A stretch of DNA of 64,000 nucleotides from an uncultured SAR86 cluster bacterium (lineage in GTDB: Bacteria; Pseudomonadota; Gammaproteobacteria; Magnimaribacterales; AG-339-G14): positions 134,484 through 198,483 of the forward strand of contig CACMKG010000001.1 of NCBI GenBank assembly GCA_902614235.1. Direction: 5' to 3'. Positions within the stretch are counted from its first letter, which is position 1. Every line of letters starts with the position of its first letter. Of this stretch, positions 51,255-59,997 are shown piece by piece. A program made the translations under genes and the position numbers. The notes beneath the pieces are model-generated. The model searched no databases. It saw only the letters and a program-made list of their open reading frames with translations, and was not told the DNA's origin.

Positions 51255-52763
51255 TTATTTTTGACTCAATAAATATTCTGTCAATAAAGGGACTGGTCTT
51301 CCACTAGATTTCTTTCCAATTTTTCCACCATAGGCTGTTCCAGCTATATCTAAATGAGCCCAGTTATATTTTTTTGCAAACCTAGATAGAAAACAAGCTG
51401 CGGTAATTGCACCAGCTCTTCCACCTATATTAGCTATGTCTGCATACCTGCTGTCTAATGCATCTTGATAAGAATCCCACAAAGGAAGTTGCCAAGCTCT
51501 ATCGCAACTTGCATAACCAGATTCTAAGATATTATCAGCTAGCGTTTGATCGTTTGAAAGCATCCCAGTCGCTTCATGTCCTAAAGCAACAACACACGCT
51601 CCAGTTAAAGTCGCTATGTCTATGACATTTGCAGGATTAAATCTTTCAACATAAGTTAAAGCATCACAAAGGACTAATCTACCTTCAGCATCTGTATTTA
51701 AAATCTCGACTGTTTGTCCAGATAAAGTTTTAACTACATCTCCCGGCTTCGTAGCTGTACTACTTGGCATATTTTCTGCTGAAGCAATAACGCCAATTAT
51801 GTTAGATTTGGGCTTAATTTCAGCGATTGCTCTCATCGTACCGACAACGCTCGCGGATCCTGTCATATCATATTTCATTTCATCCATTGCTGGACTAGGC
51901 TTAATACTAATTCCCCCAGTATCGAAAGTTATGCCTTTGCCAACAATGATATTGGGTTTTTTTGTTTTTGCAGCCCCAGAGTATTGCATGATTATAAATT
52001 TAGATTCTTGTGCGCTTCCATTACCAACAGACAAAAGACAATCCATGCCTATTTTCTTCATTTCTTTTTCGCCCAGAATTTTTGTTTTAATTATAGGAAA
52101 AGACTTTGATAGCTTTTTAGCTTGAGAAGCCAAAAAAGTGGGAGTACATATATTCGCCGGAGTATTAGCTAATTCTCTTGAAGTATTCATTCCAACACCA
52201 ATGACATGTCCAATTTTTAACGCTTTATTAAAAGTAGTTAAACCTTTCTTATCTACGTTTTTAAGTAAAGTAACTTTAGATAAGATATTTTTTGACTGAG
52301 CTTTTTTTCCTTTAAAGAAGTATTTGTAACAACTTGCTTCAAGAGTTCTAGCCAAAATTTTAAAATTCCAATCTTCAGTTCTGCCCTTGATAGCCAAAGC
52401 TGGAAGATAAATATGAACATTCTTCACATTAGATTGAATAGCAGCACTAGCTATCTTTTCAGATAAAGAAAGAAATTCTTGTTCACTCATTTCTTTATCT
52501 TTTTTTCCACAACCTAAAAAATAAACCTTTTCAGAGTTGGTGCCGTTTAAATTTGGTAAATAAACTTTATTACCAAGCGAGCCAGATAATTCATTGCGGG
52601 AAATTAATTTTTTTATGACGCCCTTAGATTTTTTATCAAAAATATCAGTAATATCAGAAATTTTTTTGCTTTCATAGAAGGTCACGATTAAAGCTTCGCT
52701 TTTTAATTTAGTAAGTTCACTTATCTTAATTTCTGATAATGAGATGTTGATTAATTTTTTCAT
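51255..52763 (-). CDS. pepA: Leucyl aminopeptidase (M17)
   Basis: VGKGITFDTGG and NTDAEGRLVLCDAL are M17 signatures. Confidence 0.96.
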   Translation of the reverse strand: MKKLINISLSEIKISELTKLKSEALIVTFYESKKISDITDIFDKKSKGVIKKLISRNELSGSLGNKVYLPNLNGTNSEKVYFLGCGKKDKEMSEQEFLSLSEKIASAAIQSNVKNVHIYLPALAIKGRTEDWNFKILARTLEASCYKYFFKGKKAQSKNILSKVTLLKNVDKKGLTTFNKALKIGHVIGVGMNTSRELANTPANICTPTFLASQAKKLSKSFPIIKTKILGEKEMKKIGMDCLLSVGNGSAQESKFIIMQYSGAAKTKKPNIIVGKGITFDTGGISIKPSPAMDEMKYDMTGSASVVGTMRAIAEIKPKSNIIGVIASAENMPSSTATKPGDVVKTLSGQTVEILNTDAEGRLVLCDALTYVERFNPANVIDIATLTGACVVALGHEATGMLSNDQTLADNILESGYASCDRAWQLPLWDSYQDALDSRYADIANIGGRAGAITAACFLSRFAKKYNWAHLDIAGTAYGGKIGKKSSGRPVPLLTEYLLSQK

Positions 52764-52821
52764 TTTTACTCCTGATAAATTAAATTTTGTTTTTATGAGT
52801 TAAAATCATTAAAAACTTATT

Positions 52822-53982
52822 ATGCCAAAAATCATAGTTTTATATATTTTAAAACAAGTAACAAAAACAATCTTTTTTACTTTTTTAATCCTCTTTGGAA
52901 TTCTATTTTTTAATGAATCAATTCAGTTTTTAGAAAAAGCTTCTAGAGGAGATTTATATCCGAGTTTGTTGATACCCGTCTTATTCTATAGTTTACCTGC
53001 CACATTAGAAGTTTCTATACCGATTTCAGTTTTTCTAGGAATTTTAATATCTATATTTAACCTAAATAAAACTAACGAACTCTCGTTTATTTATCAATTG
53101 GGAATGGGCCAAAAAAACTTAACACTTATAACTTTAATTCCTGTTATTTTTTGCTCTATCTTTGTCTTTTTTAATTCTTTTTATTTTGTTCCTCAATCAA
53201 ATGAAAATCTATCTTTTTTATCAGACTCTCAATCTTTTTCAGATAAGTTTAAACTCATGGGGGAAGGAAAAATAAATACTTTTCCCGACTTAGGTGGAAT
53301 TATTTTTGCAAAGGAGGCCTCTGATAGAGGATTTAAGGACGTATTTGCGAACTTCAATTCAGAAAACTCTGATCTTATTTTAAATTCAAAAGAAGTTTTA
53401 GGCTCTTCTCAAGATGAAAAACTAAATAAACTTACTTTTGAAAGAGGGAATTTAGTTATCCCATCTCAAAGCGGAACAATAGATTTGGAGTTTGAGGAAT
53501 TATTTTTTCTCTTTAATAAAAAACAAAAGTTAGCTGAAAAAAATATAGAACGAATGTCTTTGAGTTTGTTAATTCAAGAAGATATAAATGAGGATTTTTA
53601 TACGGAATTCTTAAAAAGATTATCTTTAAGTCTAATGTTGATAATTAGCTCTTTATTGGCTATTCCGCTTAGTTTAAGAATGGCAAAAAAAGGGAGATTC
53701 ACAATGATACTTTCTGGCTTGGTAATTTTCTTAACTTATTATGGGTTAGTTCAAGGTCAAAAGGCTTTAGTTTTAGAAAGCTCATTTTCTTCTTTTCAAG
53801 TTTTTAGCTTTTTGCATTTTATTTTTGTAACAATTTGGCTTTTACTTTATGGGTTAGAACAATATAGATTTGAATTAGTGAATTTCATAATTGCAAGAAA
53901 TTCAAAAAATTTTTTCATTCAAGCATTCTTTTTAACTGCATTAGTTTTTTTTCTACTTAATATTTTATATTTTAACTTTTAG
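52822..53982 (+). CDS. lptF: LPS export ABC permease LptF
   Basis: It is a YjgP/YjgQ-type polytopic protein, divergent from pepA as in E. coli and Pseudomonas. Confidence 0.85.
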   Translation: MPKIIVLYILKQVTKTIFFTFLILFGILFFNESIQFLEKASRGDLYPSLLIPVLFYSLPATLEVSIPISVFLGILISIFNLNKTNELSFIYQLGMGQKNLTLITLIPVIFCSIFVFFNSFYFVPQSNENLSFLSDSQSFSDKFKLMGEGKINTFPDLGGIIFAKEASDRGFKDVFANFNSENSDLILNSKEVLGSSQDEKLNKLTFERGNLVIPSQSGTIDLEFEELFFLFNKKQKLAEKNIERMSLSLLIQEDINEDFYTEFLKRLSLSLMLIISSLLAIPLSLRMAKKGRFTMILSGLVIFLTYYGLVQGQKALVLESSFSSFQVFSFLHFIFVTIWLLLYGLEQYRFELVNFIIARNSKNFFIQAFFLTALVFFLLNILYFNF

Positions 53983-55008
53983 ATGAATTTTTTAACTGGA
54001 GGAATTTTAGGACGTTCTTTTTTAACTCAATCTGTTAAAACATTTTTTATTGTTTTTTTTATAGTTTTTTCCTTAGATTTTTTAATACAAATTATTTCCG
54101 AAATAGAAGACATAAATAAAAATTATAGTTTTTTATCTGTAACAAATTACTTACTTTTAATTTCGTTAGGAAGAGCTTGTGAAATATTGGCACTTTGTTG
54201 TGTCATTTCATCTATTCTAACTTTTGGACTTATTTCAGATTCAGGGGAACTTACTGCAGCGAGAATTTTAGGAAAGTCTCTTTTCTCGACTATATTTGAT
54301 ATTCTAAAGCCAATTGTTTTCTTTCTATCATTGAGTCTTTTTCTATTAGAGTTTGTAACTCCAGGCTTAGAAAAAAAAGCACTTTTTCTTAAATATGGCA
54401 ATTCAATAAATTCTGAACAAATTAAATGGGTAACCAAGAATGATAGTTTTGCGAAATTTAAAATAAATAACCAAGTTCTTGAAGATGTTTTTCTTTATCA
54501 ATTTGATTTAGATAAAAACTCTCAAGAAATTATAAGTTCAGAAAAAGTTACTATAACAGAAGAGGGTTGGAACTTTTTTAAACCAAAGGACATTACAAGA
54601 AATAAAATTCTTAGAGAATTTATTTGGCAAGATGGACCTGAATACGGTTTTAAAGATGAATTGGGAAGGAAAGAAATGTCTTTAACACAAGTTTATAAAA
54701 TCTTGGATGATGCTGGGCCTAAAAGAGAAAAAAATATGATTTCTTATGAGTTTTGGAAAAAATTATTTGAACCGATATCGGCTATTTCCATAATTATTTT
54801 TGCTTTAGCAGTCTCATTTAAGTATTTTGGATTAAATAAAAACTTAGAAAGATTAATGTTTGGAGTATTGATTGCCTACGGTTTTAACTTGTTGCTAAAG
54901 ATCTTTGGAAATATTGCAATCATAAATGGTTTTTCACCTGGCTTAGCCATTGTCGCGCCTTCATTAGTTTTAATGTTTATTGGTTATAGAATGTTTAGAA
55001 ATCAATAA
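53983..55008 (+). CDS. lptG: LPS export ABC permease LptG
   Basis: It is the second YjgP/YjgQ paralogue, immediately after lptF with no spacer. Confidence 0.85.
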   Translation: MNFLTGGILGRSFLTQSVKTFFIVFFIVFSLDFLIQIISEIEDINKNYSFLSVTNYLLLISLGRACEILALCCVISSILTFGLISDSGELTAARILGKSLFSTIFDILKPIVFFLSLSLFLLEFVTPGLEKKALFLKYGNSINSEQIKWVTKNDSFAKFKINNQVLEDVFLYQFDLDKNSQEIISSEKVTITEEGWNFFKPKDITRNKILREFIWQDGPEYGFKDELGRKEMSLTQVYKILDDAGPKREKNMISYEFWKKLFEPISAISIIIFALAVSFKYFGLNKNLERLMFGVLIAYGFNLLLKIFGNIAIINGFSPGLAIVAPSLVLMFIGYRMFRNQ

Positions 55009-55433
55009 ACTCTTAATATTCTGGTTCCAGAAAAATAATCTCCAATAGTTTTTCTTTCTTTATTAAAAATAATAAATATAAAATTTGAGAGAAAAAGAAT
55101 TGAAAAAAGCAAAGAAAGGAAACATCTAAATATCATTGTCTTCAAGCTTATGGTTTCGTTGATAGTTCCAACTAATTTTATTTTCCAAACTTGCATTCCT
55201 AAAGTTTGCCCTTTATTGAATTTCCAAAAATAACAATAAAATATAAAAATTAAAGCTATAAAAGAGAATTGGAGAAATAATATTTCAATTTTATTTTCAA
55301 GAGCACTTCCATTTAGATATGTAATTAAAATTACATAACTCATGTATATTCCTATAATAAGAATGGCGTCATACAAAAGTGCTAAAAGTCTTCTTAGCAA
55401 GTTAGCTTTTGTTTCTGTGACAGAATCATTCAT
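55002..55433 (-). CDS. RDD-family membrane protein
   Basis: RRLLALLYDAILI... and the C-terminal KERKTIGDYFSGTRI fit the RDD pattern, with three hydrophobic segments. Confidence 0.6.
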   Translation of the reverse strand: MNDSVTETKANLLRRLLALLYDAILIIGIYMSYVILITYLNGSALENKIEILFLQFSFIALIFIFYCYFWKFNKGQTLGMQVWKIKLVGTINETISLKTMIFRCFLSLLFSILFLSNFIFIIFNKERKTIGDYFSGTRILRVY

Positions 55434-55463
55434 AAATTAAAAATTTTTTACTACATATTAAAT

Positions 55464-55892
55464 ATGAATTTTATCCGATTGAAAATTATTTTAGGTTACC
55501 TAGGATTTTTACCATTTGCTTTTTTTACAATTCTGCCGATGATTTTTGGTGAAGTTTTAGCTATTTGGTCTTTACAAATTCTTTCAATTTATGGAGGAAT
55601 AATATTATCTTTTTTGGCAGGAATGACTTGGGGATGGTCAGAAAAAGAATCAAATAATTATAATTTATTAATTGGAATTTTATTTTCTCTTTTAGGTTTT
55701 TTAATAATTCTTCTTGCAGAAAGTTTTTTGATTTATTCAATGATTATAAATTTTTTTTCTTTTCCACTTTTTTATCTTTTTGAAAAAAAGAGAGGTCTTT
55801 TTTTTAAAAATGAAGATTATGAAAAATTAAGACTTTATTTAACTAGCGGAGTGAGCGGGTGTTTTTTATTTGGTTTTTTAAACTTTTTTTGA
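55464..55892 (+). CDS. Small polytopic membrane protein, DUF3429-like
   Basis: YGGIILSFLAGMTWGW resembles the DUF3429 motif as I recall it. The protein has 4 to 5 hydrophobic helices. Its function is unknown. Confidence 0.45.
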   Translation: MNFIRLKIILGYLGFLPFAFFTILPMIFGEVLAIWSLQILSIYGGIILSFLAGMTWGWSEKESNNYNLLIGILFSLLGFLIILLAESFLIYSMIINFFSFPLFYLFEKKRGLFFKNEDYEKLRLYLTSGVSGCFLFGFLNFF

Positions 55893-55899
55893 TGAATTT

Positions 55900-56790
55900 T
55901 TAATCATTCGAATGAAGTTCTTTATTAAGTTTTGCAATATTTTTATTGGGACGACATTGAATAGAACCGCTAAGAGAATTTCTTATAAAAAGTAAATCTG
56001 ATTGAGATGAAAGATCTGAAGCTTTCAATATATCCGTGATTTCTCCCTGATAATTAACCATCTCTACTTTAGACGCAGCAGTTAGATAAAGACCAGCTTC
56101 AACAGTACAACGGTCCCCTAAAGGTATACCAAGTCCAGAATTTGCACCTAATAAACAGTTCTTTCCCAAAGAAATTTTTACTTCATTTCCTCCGGACAAA
56201 GTACCCATTGTTGATGCCCCACCACCAATATCAGTTTTATCACCAATAACTACGCCTTGAGAAATTCTTCCTTCTATCATTGCCTCTCCCAATGAACCAG
56301 CATTGAAGTTAACAAAGCCCTCATGCATAACTGTTGTTCCTGATCCTAGGTATGCTCCTAGTCTTACTCGATTTGCATCAGCAATCCTAACATCTGACAA
56401 AATTACATAATCTGTCATACGAGGAAACTTATCAACACTATGGACTAGGATATGCTTATTTATTTTTTTTGTTTCCTTTTGCTTTATCTGAAAGTCTTCT
56501 AAAGAAAAAGGACCTTCTGAAGTCCACACAATATTTTTCAAAATACCAAAAATACCATCTAAGTTTATTTCGTTTGGTTTTACCAAACGGTAAGACAGCA
56601 AATGAAGTTTGAGATATGCCTCGGGTACGGATAAGGGTGCCTCAGAATCATTAACTATTACTTTTTCATAAGTCTTATCAGAAGAATGTATATCTGAAGA
56701 AGATATATTTTCTTCAGAAAAAAACATTTCAAGCCATTCGCCTTTGCTATTTTTTGTTCCTATCCCAAGGCCAGTCCAAGTATTACTCAT
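55900..56790 (-). CDS. dapD: Tetrahydrodipicolinate N-succinyltransferase (Pseudomonas-type long DapD)
   Basis: VPEAYLKLHLLSYRLVKP, VDKFPRMTDYV and MHEGFVNFNAGSLGEAMIEGRIS closely match P. aeruginosa DapD as I recall it. Confidence 0.9.
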   Translation of the reverse strand: MSNTWTGLGIGTKNSKGEWLEMFFSEENISSSDIHSSDKTYEKVIVNDSEAPLSVPEAYLKLHLLSYRLVKPNEINLDGIFGILKNIVWTSEGPFSLEDFQIKQKETKKINKHILVHSVDKFPRMTDYVILSDVRIADANRVRLGAYLGSGTTVMHEGFVNFNAGSLGEAMIEGRISQGVVIGDKTDIGGGASTMGTLSGGNEVKISLGKNCLLGANSGLGIPLGDRCTVEAGLYLTAASKVEMVNYQGEITDILKASDLSSQSDLLFIRNSLSGSIQCRPNKNIAKLNKELHSND

Positions 56791-57952
56791 TATTCAAGAT
56801 CTTTTTTATGCTTTCTAAAGCTTTAGATGTCAATTCTATATTATGTACTAAGGCAATTCTTAAGTATTGTTCAGCTGGATTTATGCCTTTATTCTCTGAA
56901 CCCAAATATTTGCCTGGTAAGACTATGACCCTTTCTTTGTCATAAAGTTTTTTTGTAAAAGACTCTGAGTCTTTTACTTTTAACCAAAGATAAAATGCTC
57001 CTTCGGGAATAAGAGAATCTCTTTCTAAGATATTTTCTGCCAAATTAAATTTTTCTTTATACATATCTCTATTTTTTTGAACTATTGAATCATCTTGCCA
57101 AGCTAAAACACTTGCTCTTTGAATTGGTAGAGGGACGCTAACACCATGAAACATTCTGTATTTTGAGAAAGATGAAATAATTTTTTGATCTCCAGTCGCA
57201 CAACCTGATCTAAATCCGGGAAGATTGGAGCGCTTGGATAAACTATGCAAAACCATTATATTTTCAAATGAACTATTAACTTCATCTGCTGCCTGAAGAA
57301 GAGAAAAAGGTTTATCTTGAAAATAAATATCTATGTAACACTCATCACTTAGAATTTTAAAATTGTACTTTTTACTTAATTCTACAACCTGACATAGTTC
57401 GTCTTTTCTCATGACACTTCCTGTCGGATTAGAAGGAGAACAAAGTACTAAGAGCTGACATTCTTGCCAAATTTTGTGATCAATACTATCAAAGTCTATT
57501 TTAAAGCCATTTTCTTCTTTGCAATCTAAAAAAAATGGCTTTGCGCCAGCAAATAATGTGGCCCCTCCATAAATTTGATAAAAGGGATTCGGCATACAAA
57601 CATAAGGTTTTCTTTTAATTTTTTTTCTATCTACCATAGTTTGAATGGCCGAAAAAGTTCCTTCCCTAGTGCCTCCAACTAAAAATATTTCTTTATCTAA
57701 AATATTATTTAATTTGAAATTATTTTTTAGATAACTTTTGTAACTGCTCTTCAATTCAGGAATCATTGCCATCGGAGGGTAATGGCTGAAAAGATTTTTT
57801 TGCTCATTAATCTCTTCCAATACTTTAGGATTTGCCTCGTGTTTGGGCTCGCCAATAGAAAGATTAATCTCTCCATTGGATTGTTTCGCATCAATTAAAT
57901 TTCTAAGACGTTCAAAAGGATAAGAATTAATTTCGTCGATAGTGGAATTCAT
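56783..57952 (-). CDS. dapC: Succinyldiaminopimelate aminotransferase (class I aminotransferase)
   Basis: It has the N-terminal YPFERL and the PLP-lysine context SLSKRSNLPGFRSG. It lies directly upstream of dapD. Confidence 0.8.
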   Translation of the reverse strand: MNSTIDEINSYPFERLRNLIDAKQSNGEINLSIGEPKHEANPKVLEEINEQKNLFSHYPPMAMIPELKSSYKSYLKNNFKLNNILDKEIFLVGGTREGTFSAIQTMVDRKKIKRKPYVCMPNPFYQIYGGATLFAGAKPFFLDCKEENGFKIDFDSIDHKIWQECQLLVLCSPSNPTGSVMRKDELCQVVELSKKYNFKILSDECYIDIYFQDKPFSLLQAADEVNSSFENIMVLHSLSKRSNLPGFRSGCATGDQKIISSFSKYRMFHGVSVPLPIQRASVLAWQDDSIVQKNRDMYKEKFNLAENILERDSLIPEGAFYLWLKVKDSESFTKKLYDKERVIVLPGKYLGSENKGINPAEQYLRIALVHNIELTSKALESIKKILNNE

Positions 57953-57955
57953 GAA

Positions 57956-58720
57956 TTAAAAATTTTCTTCTTCACGTCTTGTTAATATTTCAGATCCATT
58001 TGAAGTTACTAAAATTGTATGTTCCCACTGAGCTGAAAGCCTTCCATCAACTGTTTCCACAGTCCAACCATCTTTTTTGGAAAGTTTTGTTTTGTGTGAG
58101 CCTAAATTTAACATCGGTTCAATGGTAAAACACATGCCTTCTTCTAGTATCATCCCAGTATTTGGAACTCCATAATGAAGCACTTGAGGGTCTTCATGGA
58201 AATTTGCGCCTATTCCATGTCCACAATAGTCTCTAACAACTGAATAGTGATTACTTTCTGCATATTTTTGAATTGCATATCCTATGTCTCCTAATTTCAT
58301 ACCTGGCTTAACAACTTGAATACCTTTGTACATGCTTTCTTGTGTAATTTTTACTAACCTTTCTGCATGGGGTTTTTTATTTCCAATAAAATACATTTTG
58401 CTTGTATCTCCGTGATAGCCGTCTTTGATAACAGTTACGTCAATATTCAAAATATCTCCATCTTTTAGAATTTTTTTATGATCAGGAATCCCATGACATA
58501 TCACTTGATTAATAGAAGTACAAATTGTTTTAGGGTAGCCCTTATAATTTAAACATGCAGGAATACAATTAATTTCATTAACAATAAAATCATGACATAT
58601 ATCATCTAGCTCTCCCGTTGAAACTCCTTCTTTTACATATAGATCTATCATTTCGAGTGTTTTTGCAGCCAATTGGCCAGCAACTTTCATTTTTTCAATT
58701 TCTTTTTGGCTTTTTATCAT
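57956..58720 (-). CDS. map: Methionine aminopeptidase type I
   Basis: VCHGIP, DIVNIDV-like (DILNIDVTV), GHGIG and the EP/EHT metal-ligand motifs are present. Confidence 0.95.
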   Translation of the reverse strand: MIKSQKEIEKMKVAGQLAAKTLEMIDLYVKEGVSTGELDDICHDFIVNEINCIPACLNYKGYPKTICTSINQVICHGIPDHKKILKDGDILNIDVTVIKDGYHGDTSKMYFIGNKKPHAERLVKITQESMYKGIQVVKPGMKLGDIGYAIQKYAESNHYSVVRDYCGHGIGANFHEDPQVLHYGVPNTGMILEEGMCFTIEPMLNLGSHKTKLSKKDGWTVETVDGRLSAQWEHTILVTSNGSEILTRREEENF

Positions 58721-58728
58721 TTAACTCA

Positions 58729-58757
58729 TAGACTAATTAGCGATAATTTATTATAGT
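58729..58757 (+). promoter_or_regulatory. Candidate sigma-70 promoter for carA (TAGACT, 17 nt, TATAGT)
   Basis: The hexamers are read at 58729-58734 and 58752-58757 with a 17-nt spacer. Specificity is low in an AT-rich spacer. Confidence 0.3.
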
Positions 58758-58789
58758 CACTTTCTAATGCAAACAGCATTAGTACATTT

Positions 58790-58829
58790 GATCGCGATAC
58801 TTAGTTTTAACTATGTCGCGATTTTTTTT
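58790..58829 (+). terminator. Terminator-like hairpin plus U8 in the carA leader (attenuator candidate)
   Basis: GATCGCGATA (58790-58799) pairs with TATgTCGCGAT(T); the core ATCGCGA/TCGCGAT is a perfect 7 bp (58791-58797 / 58816-58822). The stem runs straight into T8 (58822-58829), 31 nt upstream of the carA ATG. Confidence 0.45.
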
Positions 58830-58860
58830 AGCAAATTTTCGCTTCTTTATTTAAATCAGA

Positions 58861-59997
58861 ATGGATTTTAAACCAGCTAAATTGATTTTGAAATCAGGAG
58901 AAATTTTTTCTGGCGTTAATTTTGGTTCAAATGAGCCAAAAATAGGAGAATTAATTTTTAATACTGCAATGACAGGATATCAAGAGATAATCACCGATCT
59001 TTCTTACACTGATCAATTAATTTGCTTTACGTATCCACAAATTGGAAATACTGGAGTTAACAAAGAAGACTTAGAATCTATGACAGGAGGATGTTCAGGA
59101 ATAGTAATTAAAGATCTTTCTAAAATAGAAAGTAATTGGAGAAAAGATAATGATCTTTCGTCTTTTTTAAAAGAGAAAAATATTTCTGGTATAGCTAATG
59201 TTGATACTAGAAAGCTCACAAGAATATTAAGAGATAAGGGTTCTCAAATATCTGCTATTGTCCCTGAGGAATATTCAAAAAAACAAATAGAGGCTTTATT
59301 TAATTCTTTCGATGGGATTAAAGGAAAAGATTTAGCAAGAGAAGTTAGCACCAAAGAAGCATACATTTGGAAAGAGCCTTCATACAGAAAAGAGACTAAA
59401 AAAAATTCATATAAAGTAGTGGCCTACGATTTTGGTGTGAAACATAATATTTTGAGACTCCTTGTGGACAGAGGCTGCGAAGTCCTTGTGGTTCCAGCAG
59501 AAACTTCTGCAGAAGATGTCATGAAAGAAAACCCAGATGGTATTTTTCTATCTAACGGTCCAGGCGATCCAGAACCATGTGAATATGCAATTTCAGCAAT
59601 AAAGAAATTAATTGAAATTAATATTCCTATTTTTGGAATATGTTTAGGACACCAACTATTGGGATTAGCTTTAAATTTAAAAACTGAAAAAATGAAATTT
59701 GGTCACCATGGAGCAAATCATCCCGTACAAAATATCCTTGATAAAACAGTTTCCATAACAAGCCAAAATCATGGCTTTACTATTAGCGAAGAAAGTTTAA
59801 ATGATGATGTGATTATTACTCATAGATCATTGTTTGATAAGTCCATTCAGGGAATATCATCAAAAGATGGGAGAGTTTTTAGTTTTCAAGGGCATCCTGA
59901 AGCCAGTCCAGGCCCTAAAGATATTCAAAATTTATTTGATAAGTTTATAAATAATATGCAATCTCAAAAAAGCCTAACTAATGCCAAAAAGAAATGA
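58861..59997 (+). CDS. carA: Carbamoyl-phosphate synthase small (glutaminase) subunit
   Basis: It has the GATase triad context GICLGHQLL and the ending ...HPE. Confidence 0.96.
   Translation: MDFKPAKLILKSGEIFSGVNFGSNEPKIGELIFNTAMTGYQEIITDLSYTDQLICFTYPQIGNTGVNKEDLESMTGGCSGIVIKDLSKIESNWRKDNDLSSFLKEKNISGIANVDTRKLTRILRDKGSQISAIVPEEYSKKQIEALFNSFDGIKGKDLAREVSTKEAYIWKEPSYRKETKKNSYKVVAYDFGVKHNILRLLVDRGCEVLVVPAETSAEDVMKENPDGIFLSNGPGDPEPCEYAISAIKKLIEINIPIFGICLGHQLLGLALNLKTEKMKFGHHGANHPVQNILDKTVSITSQNHGFTISEESLNDDVIITHRSLFDKSIQGISSKDGRVFSFQGHPEASPGPKDIQNLFDKFINNMQSQKSLTNAKKK

Noticed and set aside
58767-58871. Calling the 34-codon leader ORF upstream of carA as a protein-coding gene
   Set aside because: It has no Shine-Dalgarno, it has hydrophobic and T-rich composition, and it overlaps the carA start. 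I retain it only as a possible cis-acting leader frame in the attenuator hypothesis, not as a CDS feature.
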